Source: Candidatus Woesearchaeota archaeon
Lineage (GTDB): Archaea > Nanobdellota > Nanobdellia > Woesearchaeales > GW2011-AR4
Direction: 5' to 3'
Assembly: GCA_016187495.1 (NCBI GenBank)
Contig: JACPJP010000007.1
Coordinates: 1-51,841 of the forward strand
DNA length: 51,841 bases
Below the pieces are notes generated by a model. The model was not told the origin of the DNA. It ran no database searches and was given only the letters and a program-made list of their open reading frames with translations. Position 1 is the stretch's first letter. Each line of letters begins with the position of its first letter. This document shows, in pieces, positions 28,636-38,008 of this stretch. A program made the position numbers and the translations under genes.

Positions 28636-29990
28636 TTCTTCTTTATCACAGTAACCTCATCAGAATCCTCCAATAAGTAGCCTTTACTTTTAATTTCTTC
28701 CCTTATTTGATCAGCTTTTTTAAAGTCTTTTTTCGCTCTTGCCTCGTCTCTCTCTTCAACCAATTTTCTTATTTCTGGAAGGACCTTTTGCTCTTCTATA
28801 TCTAAAACATTAAAAATCTTGTCAAATTCCAGCATTAGCCCATAGCTTTTCTTGCCTCCGCCTTTTTTATGGACATCCTTTACAAAATCAAAGATTACGG
28901 CTAAAGCGCCTGGAGTGTCAAAATCATCGTCCATGTGTTCCTGAAATTCTTTTTTTGTTTTATCGATTAAAGATATGTCATCTTTTTCTTTACTGTTTTT
29001 TACCTTTCTTACAAAATCATTTAACCTCTCCAAGCTGTTTTTAGCCTGCTCCAATAATTCCTCAGAAAAGTCTATGGGGCTTCTGTAATGCCCGGAAAGA
29101 TAGAAAAACCTCAAAACCTTGCTATAATACTCTTTCAATGCGTCTCTTATTGTAATGAAATTTCCTAAAGACTTTGCCATCTTCTGCCCCTTAACATTCA
29201 AAAAGCCAGTATGCAGCCAATACCTTACAAATGGCTTTTTTCCGGAAGCTGATTCCATCTGTGCAATCTCAGCTTCATGATGCGGGAATATTAAGTCACG
29301 AGCGCCACCATGCACATCATACTGCGAGCCAAAGAATTTCTCGCTAATTGCCGTATCTTCAATATGCCATCCTGGACGCCCTCTATCAAACCATGGATCT
29401 GGCCAAGAAGGCTCATCTTTCTTAGATTTCTTCCATAGGCAAAAATCCCCTTTATTTCTTTTTTTGACGCTTTCATCTATTCTAGAAACGGCATCTTCTG
29501 CATCTAAAGACTTTCTGCCAGAAAGCTTGCCATATTCTGGAAATTTGCTCAAGTCGAAATAAATGCCATCATCTTCAATAATATAAGCAAACCCTTTGTC
29601 CATGAGAGTTTTTACTTGGTTTATCATCTCCCTTATGTAATCTGTTGCTCTTGCAAATTTATTTATAGAATTAACGCCAAGAGAGCCTATGTCTTTATAG
29701 TATTCTTCCTCAAATTCTCGGGCTAATTCCATTGGGTCATTTTCCCTCTCAGCAGCCCTCTGGATTATCTTATCGTCTATATCAGTAATATTTTGGAGGT
29801 AGAAAACATTATAACCGCAGTATTTTAGGTATTTTACAATAATATCAAATTGAACATAGGTTTTTGCATGGCCTATATGCGCATAATCATATACTGTAGG
29901 GCCGCACACAAAGAGATTTACCTTTTTATCCGCTGATGGCTCAAAAACTTCTTTTTTTCTTGTTAGAGTATTATAAATTCTTAATGTCAT
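28632..29990 (-). CDS. cysS: cysteinyl-tRNA synthetase
   Basis: Motifs present are [17 protein letters not shown] (HIGH), WHIEDTAI and KMAKSLGNF. The protein is 452 aa. Confidence 0.95.
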   Translation of the reverse strand: MTLRIYNTLTRKKEVFEPSADKKVNLFVCGPTVYDYAHIGHAKTYVQFDIIVKYLKYCGYNVFYLQNITDIDDKIIQRAAERENDPMELAREFEEEYYKDIGSLGVNSINKFARATDYIREMINQVKTLMDKGFAYIIEDDGIYFDLSKFPEYGKLSGRKSLDAEDAVSRIDESVKKRNKGDFCLWKKSKKDEPSWPDPWFDRGRPGWHIEDTAISEKFFGSQYDVHGGARDLIFPHHEAEIAQMESASGKKPFVRYWLHTGFLNVKGQKMAKSLGNFITIRDALKEYYSKVLRFFYLSGHYRSPIDFSEELLEQAKNSLERLNDFVRKVKNSKEKDDISLIDKTKKEFQEHMDDDFDTPGALAVIFDFVKDVHKKGGGKKSYGLMLEFDKIFNVLDIEEQKVLPEIRKLVEERDEARAKKDFKKADQIREEIKSKGYLLEDSDEVTVIKKN

Positions 29991-30612
29991 TTTTATGATT
30001 TTCCTCCATCAGCAAGACTTTTCTCTTAAGCTCGAACCATTCTTCTTTTGGAACTTCAACCTTTTCTATGTCTTTTCTTGTCACCTTTTTGCCTTCTTTT
30101 ATTATATATTTCCCAAGCTCTGCGACAACTGTTGAGTTTGGAGGAACATCATCTATAACAATTGCGCCTGCGCCAATTTTGCTGTTGTCACCAATTTTTA
30201 TAGGGCCAAGAATTTTTGAGCCTACTCCAAGGGTAACATTATTTCCAATGGTAGGGTGCCTTTTCTGGCCTTTTTTATCAGCCCACCACCCATGTCCACC
30301 TAAGGTTACTCCTTGATACATCATAACATCATCGCCAATTTCCGATGTTTCCCCAATTATTATTCCTGAGCCATGGTCTATGAAGAATCTTTTTCCAATT
30401 TTAGCGCCAGGATGAATCTCTATGCCTGTCAAAAACCTGCTAATTTGAGAAATTAATCTTGGAATAAATGGAATACGGAAGTTATAGAAGAAATGAGCTA
30501 TTCTGTGCAGCCATATAGCATGTACTCCCTGGTATAAGAACACTTCTAAGAAGGTTATTCCTTTCCTTAATGCAGGATCTTTTTTATATGCTGTTTTTAT
30601 GGTCTGGAACAT
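29971..30612 (-). CDS. cysE: serine O-acetyltransferase
   Basis: It has left-handed beta-helix hexapeptide repeats ([41 protein letters not shown]) preceded by the SAT N-terminal helical region. It overlaps cysS by 20 nt. Confidence 0.85.
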   Translation of the reverse strand: MFQTIKTAYKKDPALRKGITFLEVFLYQGVHAIWLHRIAHFFYNFRIPFIPRLISQISRFLTGIEIHPGAKIGKRFFIDHGSGIIIGETSEIGDDVMMYQGVTLGGHGWWADKKGQKRHPTIGNNVTLGVGSKILGPIKIGDNSKIGAGAIVIDDVPPNSTVVAELGKYIIKEGKKVTRKDIEKVEVPKEEWFELKRKVLLMEENHKNDIKNL

Positions 30613-30637
30613 TTTAATTAATAGGCTATAAAATAAA

Positions 30638-30763
30638 AGCGAGGGAAGGGACTCGAACCCTTGAATAACCGCTCTGCAGGCGGTCGCCTATCGGCTTATT
30701 GATACTCAAGCATCAATAATTAGCCGCTTGGCTCTAAGGTATTATTTTTCAATAAACCCTCGC
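30638..30763 (-). tRNA. tRNA-Cys (anticodon GCA) with two putative introns in the D-arm region
   Basis: On the minus strand, the 3' part is uninterrupted: G ACCGC CUGCAGA GCGGU UAUUC AAGGG UUCGAGU CCCUU CCCUCGC U, with the discriminator U73 typical of tRNA-Cys. The 5' part must be assembled from GCGAGGGUU (30763-30755) and GCCAAGCGGCUA (30732-30721). An extra copy of GCGAGGG lies at 30784-30778. Confidence 0.65.
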
Positions 30764-30791
30764 ATAGCGGACTATGCCCCTCGCTAATGCG

Positions 30792-30799
30792 TTATAAAA
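30792..30799 (-). promoter_or_regulatory. candidate TATA box (TTTTATAA on the minus strand) for the tRNA-Cys gene
   Basis: It is centred about 30 nt upstream of the GCGAGGG at 30763. This spacing fits the archaeal TATA-to-start distance with a short leader. Confidence 0.3.
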
Positions 30800-30893
30800 C
30801 CAAACTTCTTTTATAAATATTTCTGAATAAACTTTCGACACACAAAAATCTTTGGCAGAAACATTTAAAAACAGCCTAAGTTTCTCTTTTTTT

Positions 30894-31430
30894 ATGGCAA
30901 GAATAAGGAAATTTGTAAGCTACAGAAGGCTGGAAAGGCCTTATACCAGGACTTCTAAGTACAAGGGCAAGTCTTACATAAGAATGACCCCAAATATCAA
31001 AATAATAGGTTTTGAGCTTGGGAGCCCTAAAAAGAAGTTCCTTTATACCTTAAACTTGGTGTCCAAGGATGATCTTCAGATAAGGGACAATGCCCTGGAA
31101 AGCGCAAAGCAGACTTCCAATAAGCTTCTGGAATCTGCACTGGGAGTTTCTTCTTACTTCTTAAAACTTAAGCCATATCCCCATCATGTTTTACGCGAGA
31201 ATCCACTTGCATCGGGCGCAGGCGCTGACAGGTTTTCCACAGGAATGCAAAAAGCTTTTGGAAAGCCGCTGGGCAACGCTGCCAGGGTAAAAAAAGGCAA
31301 TGTAATTTTCCAGCTTTCTGTTGACAGAAATAACATAAAGCTGGCAAAGCAGGCTTTAATGAGGGCTTCTAAGAAACTGCCTTGCTCTTGCTCAATACAA
31401 ATGGTTGAGAACGGAATTGCCTCCAGTTAA
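30894..31430 (+). CDS. rpl10e: 50S ribosomal protein L10e (uL16)
   Basis: MARIRKFVSYRRLERPYTRTSKYKGKSYI... matches the family N-terminus. The ATG at 30894 is preferred over the track's TTG at 30852. Confidence 0.9.
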   Translation: MARIRKFVSYRRLERPYTRTSKYKGKSYIRMTPNIKIIGFELGSPKKKFLYTLNLVSKDDLQIRDNALESAKQTSNKLLESALGVSSYFLKLKPYPHHVLRENPLASGAGADRFSTGMQKAFGKPLGNAARVKKGNVIFQLSVDRNNIKLAKQALMRASKKLPCSCSIQMVENGIASS

Positions 31431-31528
31431 GAGAAAAAATAAATTTATAAATCAAAACTTGCTAATTTCCATAAACACTGAGTTTTACTGACAAAACAGT
31501 TTACCTTAATAACCACAGCAAAAACAAC

Positions 31529-31825
31529 ATGGAGGTCAGAAACATGCCGGACAACAGCATCTTTATCGGTGGTAAGCCATTTATGAACTATGTTACGGGA
31601 GTGGTAATGCAATTTACCACAAAGAATGCAGACGAAGTCATTATAAAAGCCCGCGGTAAATTCATAAGCAGGGCTGTAGACGTCTCAGAGGTTGCCAGCA
31701 AAAGGTTTCTTGACGGAACAGTAGGAGTCAAGAATATAGCAATTGACAGCGAAGGCTTCAAAAACAACGAAGGCAGAGATGTGAGAGTTTCTACCATAGA
31801 AATCACATTAGCCAAGAAACTGTAA
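31529..31825 (+). CDS. albA: DNA/RNA-binding protein Alba
   Basis: NSIFIGGKPFMNYVTGVVMQF...EVIIKARGKFISRAVDVSEV...STIEITL matches the Alba fold signature. The protein is 98 aa. Confidence 0.9.
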   Translation: MEVRNMPDNSIFIGGKPFMNYVTGVVMQFTTKNADEVIIKARGKFISRAVDVSEVASKRFLDGTVGVKNIAIDSEGFKNNEGRDVRVSTIEITLAKKL

Positions 31826-31828
31826 ACC

Positions 31829-32989
31829 TCAATAAACTGGAACTTGCGGGTCTATTTCATTAGCCCACGCATCTATTCCCCCTGCTAAACTCCTTAGGTT
31901 CTTAAATCCTTTATTTTTCAGTAGTTGCAGCACTGCTAAGCTTCTTGCGCCAGTATGGCAATGCAAAACAATTTTTTTGTCTTTTTCAATATGTTCCAAA
32001 ATTCCGATATTATCATTCATGATTTGGCTCATCGGTATTAATTTAGCTCCTTGTATTTTGCAGATATCCCACTCATGCTCTTCCCTTACATCTACCAAAA
32101 CAAAACCCTCATGGTCATCAATCATATTTTTTAATTGCCTGACGCTGATTTCGTCCCCTTCCAAAAATTTTTCTTCCTCTTCTTTTGTATCGCAGAATTC
32201 TTCATAATCCATTAATTCCTTAATTCTAGGGCTCTCTCCGCAAATAGGACAATTTTTATTTTTGCCTAGTTTTAATTCTCTAAAATTTAGCGATAGTGCA
32301 TCATAAACCAAAAACCTCCCGGATAAGGTTTCCCCAATGCCCAAAATAATCTTTAATGCCTCTGTAGCCTGTATCGTGCCTATAATTCCTGGCAAAACCC
32401 CTAAAACACCGGCTTCTGCACAGCTAGGCACCGCATCTCTTGGCGGAGGATTTGGGAACATGCACCTATAACATGGTCCATTCTCATAATTAAACACCGA
32501 AGTATGCCCCTCGAACCTGAAAATGCTTCCATAAGCCAAGGGCTTTTTTAAAAGCACACAAGCATCATTAACTAAATACCTTGTTGGGAAATTATCGCTG
32601 CCGTCAATAACAACATCGTATTTTTTTATTATTCCCAAAGCGTTTTTTGAGTCTAATTTTTCATTGTAAGTTTCAACTTTAATATTTGGATTTAGATTAT
32701 TGATAACGATTCTTGCTGATTCTACCTTTGATGTTCCAACTTTATCTGTAGCATGAATTATCTGCCTCTGTAAATTGTTTTCCTCAACATTGTCAAAATC
32801 AATAACGCCTATTGTGCCTACTCCTGCTGCTGCAAGGTACATTAATACGGGGCTTCCTAATCCTCCTGCTCCTACAACTAAAACCTTACCAGCCTTTATT
32901 TTCTCCTGCCCTTTTATGCTTACCTCTGGCAAAACTAAGTGCCTTGCATATCTGCTCATTTCCTGCTTTGTTAGGATTTTATCTGCCAC
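31829..32989 (-). CDS. MoeB/ThiF/UbaA-type adenylyltransferase (E1-like) with a C-terminal rhodanese domain
   Basis: Features present are YARHLVLPEV...VLVVGAGGLGSP (a nucleotide-binding loop), two CxxC pairs (CYRC, CPIC), and a C-terminal rhodanese with the active-site loop HCHTGARS. Confidence 0.85.
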   Translation of the reverse strand: MADKILTKQEMSRYARHLVLPEVSIKGQEKIKAGKVLVVGAGGLGSPVLMYLAAAGVGTIGVIDFDNVEENNLQRQIIHATDKVGTSKVESARIVINNLNPNIKVETYNEKLDSKNALGIIKKYDVVIDGSDNFPTRYLVNDACVLLKKPLAYGSIFRFEGHTSVFNYENGPCYRCMFPNPPPRDAVPSCAEAGVLGVLPGIIGTIQATEALKIILGIGETLSGRFLVYDALSLNFRELKLGKNKNCPICGESPRIKELMDYEEFCDTKEEEEKFLEGDEISVRQLKNMIDDHEGFVLVDVREEHEWDICKIQGAKLIPMSQIMNDNIGILEHIEKDKKIVLHCHTGARSLAVLQLLKNKGFKNLRSLAGGIDAWANEIDPQVPVY

Positions 32990-33035
32990 GTAGAACTTAA
33001 GAAAATATTATGGATTTTTAATTGTTGCTGTTATT

Positions 33036-34406
33036 TTACCAGATATTCCACACAGCCCTCTGCACAACCTCGCTTAAAGCTGGATGTATATGCACCGCCT
33101 TGTTTAGGATATCAACTGTCTGATTGGCTTTCATAGCTATAATAACCTCATGTATTAAAGTGGAGGCATCTGTCCCTAAAATGTGGCACCCAAGTATTTC
33201 TCTTGTTTTTTTATCAATCATCATTTTAACAAATCCTTCTTTATCATTAAGCGCTGTTCCCATCGCAGTTTCAATATAATTTTTCCTTCCAACAAGATAG
33301 GGAATTTTTTTCTCCTTTAATTGCTCTTCTGTATATCCAACGCCTGCGATTTGTGGAGAGGAAAAAATTGCATGAGGCATTGCACTATAATCCACTTTCT
33401 TTTTATGTTTGCCAAAAGCATTGTAATACACGTATTGCGCTTCCAAATTAGCGCTGTGCTTGAACAAATAAATGCCACAAATATCGCCCAAAGCCCAGAT
33501 ATCCTTTGCTGTTGTTTCCATATACTTATTCATTTTAATAAAGCCATTTTTGTCTGTCTTAACGCCTGTCTTAGCAACATCAAGAATATCTGTATTAGGA
33601 ATCCTACCAGCAGCAATCAATAATTTATCAGAAACAATATTTTTTAGTTTATTCTTATTATTATCTCTATTTTTTATTGTTGTTATTATTTTATCGCCTT
33701 TCTTTGAAACCTTTATTGCGTCAGAATTCAGAAAAATGTTGTATTTTTTGCTAAAAATCTTTGTAAACTTTTCTGCAATCTCCCCGTCCTCATTCGGAAT
33801 CAAAACATCCCTTCTTTGGATTATATTTATTTTTGTTCCCAACGCCCCGTAAAAATGAGCAAGTTCAGCAGCTATATAGCCCCCGCCAATTATTGTTAAA
33901 GATTTTGGATGTATTGTTAATCGCAAGGCTTCATCACTAGTCATATAACCAACCTTATCCAATCCTTCTATTGGAGGTATAAACGGTCTTGTTCCAGCGG
34001 CAATGATGATTTTATCCCCATTTATTGCCTTATTCCCTACTTTTAACGTTTTATATCCAATAAATCTGCCTTCTGTCTTGAACAAAACTGTGTCTTTATC
34101 AGACCTTATTCCCTCTTCTATACTCTTTGCGTCCTCATCAACTATCTTTGAAGCCCTTTCCGTGACTTTTTTGAAATCGACAGTAAAGCCCTTGGCATTA
34201 ATCCCAAAGCTTTTGGCATTGTTTATTGTTTCGGCAACATCAGCAGAATGGATTATAATCTTTGAGGGAATGCAGCCCCGGTTTAAACAAGTGCCTCCCA
34301 TATGTCCTTTCTCAACAATCGCTGTTTTCAGTCCTCTGGAAGAAGTAGCTGAGGAAATATTAAGCCCAGAGCCTGCTCCAATCACAATTACATCAAAATT
34401 CTTCAT
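33036..34406 (-). CDS. class I pyridine nucleotide-disulfide oxidoreductase (dihydrolipoyl dehydrogenase / glutathione-reductase family)
   Basis: Features present are VIVIGAGSG (FAD-binding), the redox disulfide GGTCLNRGCIPSK, a second GGGYIAAE dinucleotide fold, and a C-terminal HIHPALSE interface motif. Confidence 0.8.
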   Translation of the reverse strand: MKNFDVIVIGAGSGLNISSATSSRGLKTAIVEKGHMGGTCLNRGCIPSKIIIHSADVAETINNAKSFGINAKGFTVDFKKVTERASKIVDEDAKSIEEGIRSDKDTVLFKTEGRFIGYKTLKVGNKAINGDKIIIAAGTRPFIPPIEGLDKVGYMTSDEALRLTIHPKSLTIIGGGYIAAELAHFYGALGTKINIIQRRDVLIPNEDGEIAEKFTKIFSKKYNIFLNSDAIKVSKKGDKIITTIKNRDNNKNKLKNIVSDKLLIAAGRIPNTDILDVAKTGVKTDKNGFIKMNKYMETTAKDIWALGDICGIYLFKHSANLEAQYVYYNAFGKHKKKVDYSAMPHAIFSSPQIAGVGYTEEQLKEKKIPYLVGRKNYIETAMGTALNDKEGFVKMMIDKKTREILGCHILGTDASTLIHEVIIAMKANQTVDILNKAVHIHPALSEVVQRAVWNIW

Positions 34407-34473
34407 TAGCTCACCAATTTTTATAAAATAGTCTGACTAAAAATGCAATTGAAAAAAGAGTATATAAAATTTG

Positions 34474-35361
34474 TTAAATTGTTCCGCTCTGCCCAAAGCT
34501 CTGAGCTTTTTTATGGAAAGCGTTTTCCATTATTTCTTTGTTATAGCCAGAAGGTATTTTTCCGCTGTCGGCATAAACAAATAATGCTGTATTAAAAATC
34601 TGGTTTGCAATGCCAAAAACCAGCATCACTACAACAAGATAAAGTATTCCAAGCAAGATAATTCCAAGAGTCCAAAATAAGCCTAAAGGAAAAAGCAGCA
34701 TAAACAAAGGAACAATAAGCACAGCTCCGATTAAGATAACAATCAATTGAACCAAACCCAGCCCATAATACCTAACCAGGCTTTCCCCCCATGTTTTCTT
34801 CAATACTGCAACAGATTTCTTTATGGCGTCAAAAGGGCTTAGGTTGTAATAAACCATTCCAGGTATGACAAAAATGGTTACAATGCTCCAGACCACGCCA
34901 AGAATTGACCTTGTAACGTAAAGCAAAATTTGCCCGCTTCTTCCCGCTCTCTCAGCCATTTCATCAATAATCCTCAATATTATTCCGACAGTGGCAGAAA
35001 CAGCGCTCCACAGAAATATTAAGTTGATTTTTGAAACTGCAAAATTTATGCTTTCTCCAAAAGTTGCATTGCCTCCCTCAAACCTCTTCTTTGTTGTGTA
35101 AACAACGCATACATTGAAGAAAGTGGCAATAAAAGCCAATCCAAAATAAATTAAAAACAAAATTATGTACTCTGCAGCTCCGGCATATTCTGCATTCATT
35201 GTTACAAGTCCTAAAAATACAGATGGAAAAACCATGGCAGCAATAAAAATCAATGAAAAGGTAGTGGCTAAAATAGGAAATGCTAACAACTCCTTGTCCT
35301 GCTTCATAACATTAAAGCTTAATTTTGTTATTTCCCAGCTTCTTGAAAATGCGTTTGCCAT
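34474..35361 (-). CDS. hypothetical polytopic membrane protein
   Basis: The ORF is 295 aa with about 6 TM helices. I could not name a family with confidence. Confidence 0.45.
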   Translation of the reverse strand: MANAFSRSWEITKLSFNVMKQDKELLAFPILATTFSLIFIAAMVFPSVFLGLVTMNAEYAGAAEYIILFLIYFGLAFIATFFNVCVVYTTKKRFEGGNATFGESINFAVSKINLIFLWSAVSATVGIILRIIDEMAERAGRSGQILLYVTRSILGVVWSIVTIFVIPGMVYYNLSPFDAIKKSVAVLKKTWGESLVRYYGLGLVQLIVILIGAVLIVPLFMLLFPLGLFWTLGIILLGILYLVVVMLVFGIANQIFNTALFVYADSGKIPSGYNKEIMENAFHKKAQSFGQSGTI

Positions 35362-35393
35362 GGAATTATAAAAAATTATCTAACTTAAAAATC

Positions 35394-36041
35394 TTACGAT
35401 TCAAAAATAGCCCTGCCAATCCTCACCATATTCGAGCCTTCTTCTATCGCTATTTTATAGTCATCAGACATGCCCATTGATAAATACTCTAATTTTTTAT
35501 TTATTTTTTTTGAAATATTATCAGATAAATTTTGTACCAATGAAAAATATTTTCTGGAATCTTCTGGATTAAAGGATAATGGAGGTATGGTCATCAGCCC
35601 CTTGACTTTAATATTTTTTAAATTATTGTTTATCTTTAATGAAATTTCTTCTATTTCCAATGCGCTAAAGCCATGTTTTTTGCTTTCATCAGTTTTAACT
35701 TGCAACAGAATATTTTGCTTAATGCCTAATTCATTTGCTGCATTATTTATTCTCTCTGCTAGGCTATAAGAATCAACGCTTTGTATCAGAAAAATATTTT
35801 CCTGTAGAACCTTCCTAACCTTATTGCTCTGCAAATGACCTATAAAGTGTATTCTTGCATCAGAAGTTAGCAATTGTCTTGTCTTCTTTAGCTGCTGGTG
35901 GGTATTAAACCCTAAATCTTTTACTCCTGATTTAACTAACTCCAAAATCTGCTCATTAGAAGCGTATTTTACTGCTGCAACCAGAGTTACATAAACGGGA
36001 ATATTGCGCCTTATCTCTTGCACATTTTCCTTAATTGCCAT
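35394..36041 (-). CDS. YggS/PROSC-family pyridoxal-phosphate-binding protein
   Basis: Motifs present are TLVAAVKYAS (containing the PLP lysine), HFIGHLQSNKV and LSMGMSDDYKIAIEEGSNMVRIGRAIF. Confidence 0.85.
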   Translation of the reverse strand: MAIKENVQEIRRNIPVYVTLVAAVKYASNEQILELVKSGVKDLGFNTHQQLKKTRQLLTSDARIHFIGHLQSNKVRKVLQENIFLIQSVDSYSLAERINNAANELGIKQNILLQVKTDESKKHGFSALEIEEISLKINNNLKNIKVKGLMTIPPLSFNPEDSRKYFSLVQNLSDNISKKINKKLEYLSMGMSDDYKIAIEEGSNMVRIGRAIFES

Positions 36042-36076
36042 AATGAAATCAGAATTAAGGATTGTTTTATATTAAA

Positions 36077-36631
36077 TTATCCTTTTGTAGTAACACATTG
36101 AAGCGTTTCTTTTGCTGCGTCTGCGCCTTGGTTGTAAAGAAACATAATAACATTATACACTGCATATTTAACCTGCCTTGCAGCATTAATTTTCTCGTAT
36201 ATTGACTTCGAGTCATAATTGGATGCTGCTTCTTCGGTTTTCTGATGAGCTGCTTGCGCAAGTGCCTCAAACTCTTCCCTCCTCAGGCCTTTATAGCCCC
36301 TTTTTAATAATCTCATTGCTGATTGCACAACTTGCACCATCGTATTTACCCTTAGCGCATTGTCCACGTAATAGCTATAAAACCAAGGATATTTTTCCTC
36401 CATCTGAGTCCTCCATCTTCTTCTTAGTTCATGGTTTTCAAGATTATCTTCTATGTAGGGTCCATTCAAAAGTTTATATAACCTTTCCAAAGCTAATCTT
36501 CTCGGGCCTATGTCCACCCATAAAGAATAACCTATTTCGTCCAAGCTTGGTAAATTCCATTCCTCTACAGGATGTATTGCAACAACATGCAAATCTTGCA
36601 TCAGTATTGTTTCTAAGTCTTTATTAGCCAT
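36077..36631 (-). CDS. hypothetical protein
   Basis: The ORF is 184 aa, Trp/Tyr-rich and helical. I recognised no family. It has visibly fewer long A/T runs than its neighbours. Confidence 0.45.
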   Translation of the reverse strand: MANKDLETILMQDLHVVAIHPVEEWNLPSLDEIGYSLWVDIGPRRLALERLYKLLNGPYIEDNLENHELRRRWRTQMEEKYPWFYSYYVDNALRVNTMVQVVQSAMRLLKRGYKGLRREEFEALAQAAHQKTEEAASNYDSKSIYEKINAARQVKYAVYNVIMFLYNQGADAAKETLQCVTTKG

Positions 36632-36693
36632 AGGGGCAGTCTGCTATGCCTCTTTTTTATAAGTGCAATTTAAAAATAATGAAAATAAAAGAA

Positions 36694-37620
36694 CTATCTC
36701 TTCTTCCTTGCCTTCTTTTTCTTCTTAATTTCCTTTTCCAGCTTTAATTCATCAAGCAATTCCTTGTATCTATTTCTGATTGTAACTTCTGTAACGCCAG
36801 CAACATCCGCTACTTCCCTTTGCGTCCTTTTTTCGCCATGAAGCAAAGCAGCCACATACAAAGCGGCTGCTGCAATTCCTGTAGGGCCTCTTCCTGAAGT
36901 AAGCTCGGCTTTCTGCGCCCTCTCAAGTATCTCTATAGCATTGCTTTGCGTTTCAGCATTCAATTTAAGGGAAGATGCAAACCTCGCTATGTAATCTGCT
37001 GGATTTGAAGGCAATATCGTAATGCCTAATTCGCGAGTAACAAACCTGTAAGTCCTTCCAATTTCCTTCTTCTCAATGCCAGAAGCTTCTGAAAGCTCAT
37101 CTAAAGTCCTAGGAACATCATGCCTACGACAAGCAGCATATAAAGCCCCTGCAACAACGCTTTCCATGCTTCTGCCCCTTACAAGCCCTCTCTGGACTGC
37201 TAAAGTATATATTCTAGCAGATTCCTCTTCAACAGACTTTGGAAGTTTTAAGTAAGAGCTAACCCTCTTAAGCTCGGCCAAAGCCAATTTAAGGTTTCTT
37301 TCTATTGCTGTAGAAATTCTATACTGCCATTTTCTTAATCTAAAAAACTTATTCCTGTCTTTGCCCCCTAACTTAAATAAATCTGCTTTTTGGCCAACTT
37401 CAGTGCCTAAGCCATGGTCATATTGAGTGTAAGTCATAGGAGCTCCTGCTCTCCTTCTTTCACCATCCTCAGAATCAAACTCGCGCCATTCCTGCGTAAA
37501 ATCAACCATCTTTTCTTCTATGACCAGTCCACAGTCTCTGCAGATTATTTCTCCCCTTTCCTTATTCCAGTTTAGGTTTATGCCACCGCACTCAGGGCAT
37601 TTTTTTACAAGCTCAGGCAT
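36694..37620 (-). CDS. tfb: transcription initiation factor IIB (TFB)
   Basis: It has an N-terminal zinc ribbon (CPECGG...IICRDCGLV), two cyclin-like repeats, and an HTH (VADVAGVTEVTIRNRYKEL). Confidence 0.95.
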   Translation of the reverse strand: MPELVKKCPECGGINLNWNKERGEIICRDCGLVIEEKMVDFTQEWREFDSEDGERRRAGAPMTYTQYDHGLGTEVGQKADLFKLGGKDRNKFFRLRKWQYRISTAIERNLKLALAELKRVSSYLKLPKSVEEESARIYTLAVQRGLVRGRSMESVVAGALYAACRRHDVPRTLDELSEASGIEKKEIGRTYRFVTRELGITILPSNPADYIARFASSLKLNAETQSNAIEILERAQKAELTSGRGPTGIAAAALYVAALLHGEKRTQREVADVAGVTEVTIRNRYKELLDELKLEKEIKKKKKARKKR

Positions 37621-37827
37621 TTTTGCTCATTCCTCCGCATAGGTCAATGTAAGGCCAACATAAAATTAATATATCCAAACCACCTTTTTTTACAAAACAA
37701 TTTTGTAAAATAGCAATCAAAAAACAATAATCTTTTTAAATAGGAATAACTGCACCTATATAAACTTTTCCCTCCTTTTCGTCGAAAACTACTAATGAGG
37801 CACCAAAACGGAGTTTTTGAGTATAAT

Positions 37828-38007
37828 ATGCCAAAAAAAGACCCGATTCCAAAAGATTTGTTTGATATTTTAGCATGTCCTATATGCAGGTCTGACCTAC
37901 GCTACAGAAAAGACAAAAAAGACCTTGTCTGCATTAAAGAAGGTCACAAATACCCTATAAAGCAAGGAATACCTATTTTATTGCCAGAAGAGGGCAAAAA
38001 GAAGTAA
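37828..38007 (+). CDS. Trm112/UPF0434-like small zinc-ribbon protein
   Basis: LFDILACPICRSDLRY...LVC...GHKYPIKQGIPILLPEE matches the Trm112 family pattern. The ATG at 37828 is preferred over the upstream start at 37795. Confidence 0.6.
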   Translation: MPKKDPIPKDLFDILACPICRSDLRYRKDKKDLVCIKEGHKYPIKQGIPILLPEEGKKK

Positions 38008-38008
38008 T

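Noticed and set aside
30764-30784. The upstream GCGAGGG copy as the true exon 1 of tRNA-Cys, which would imply a third intron at position 7/8.
   Set aside because: This is not excluded. However, the TATA-like box at 30792-30799 is too close, about 8 nt, to that copy for it to be transcribed from this promoter. Both models give the same mature sequence.
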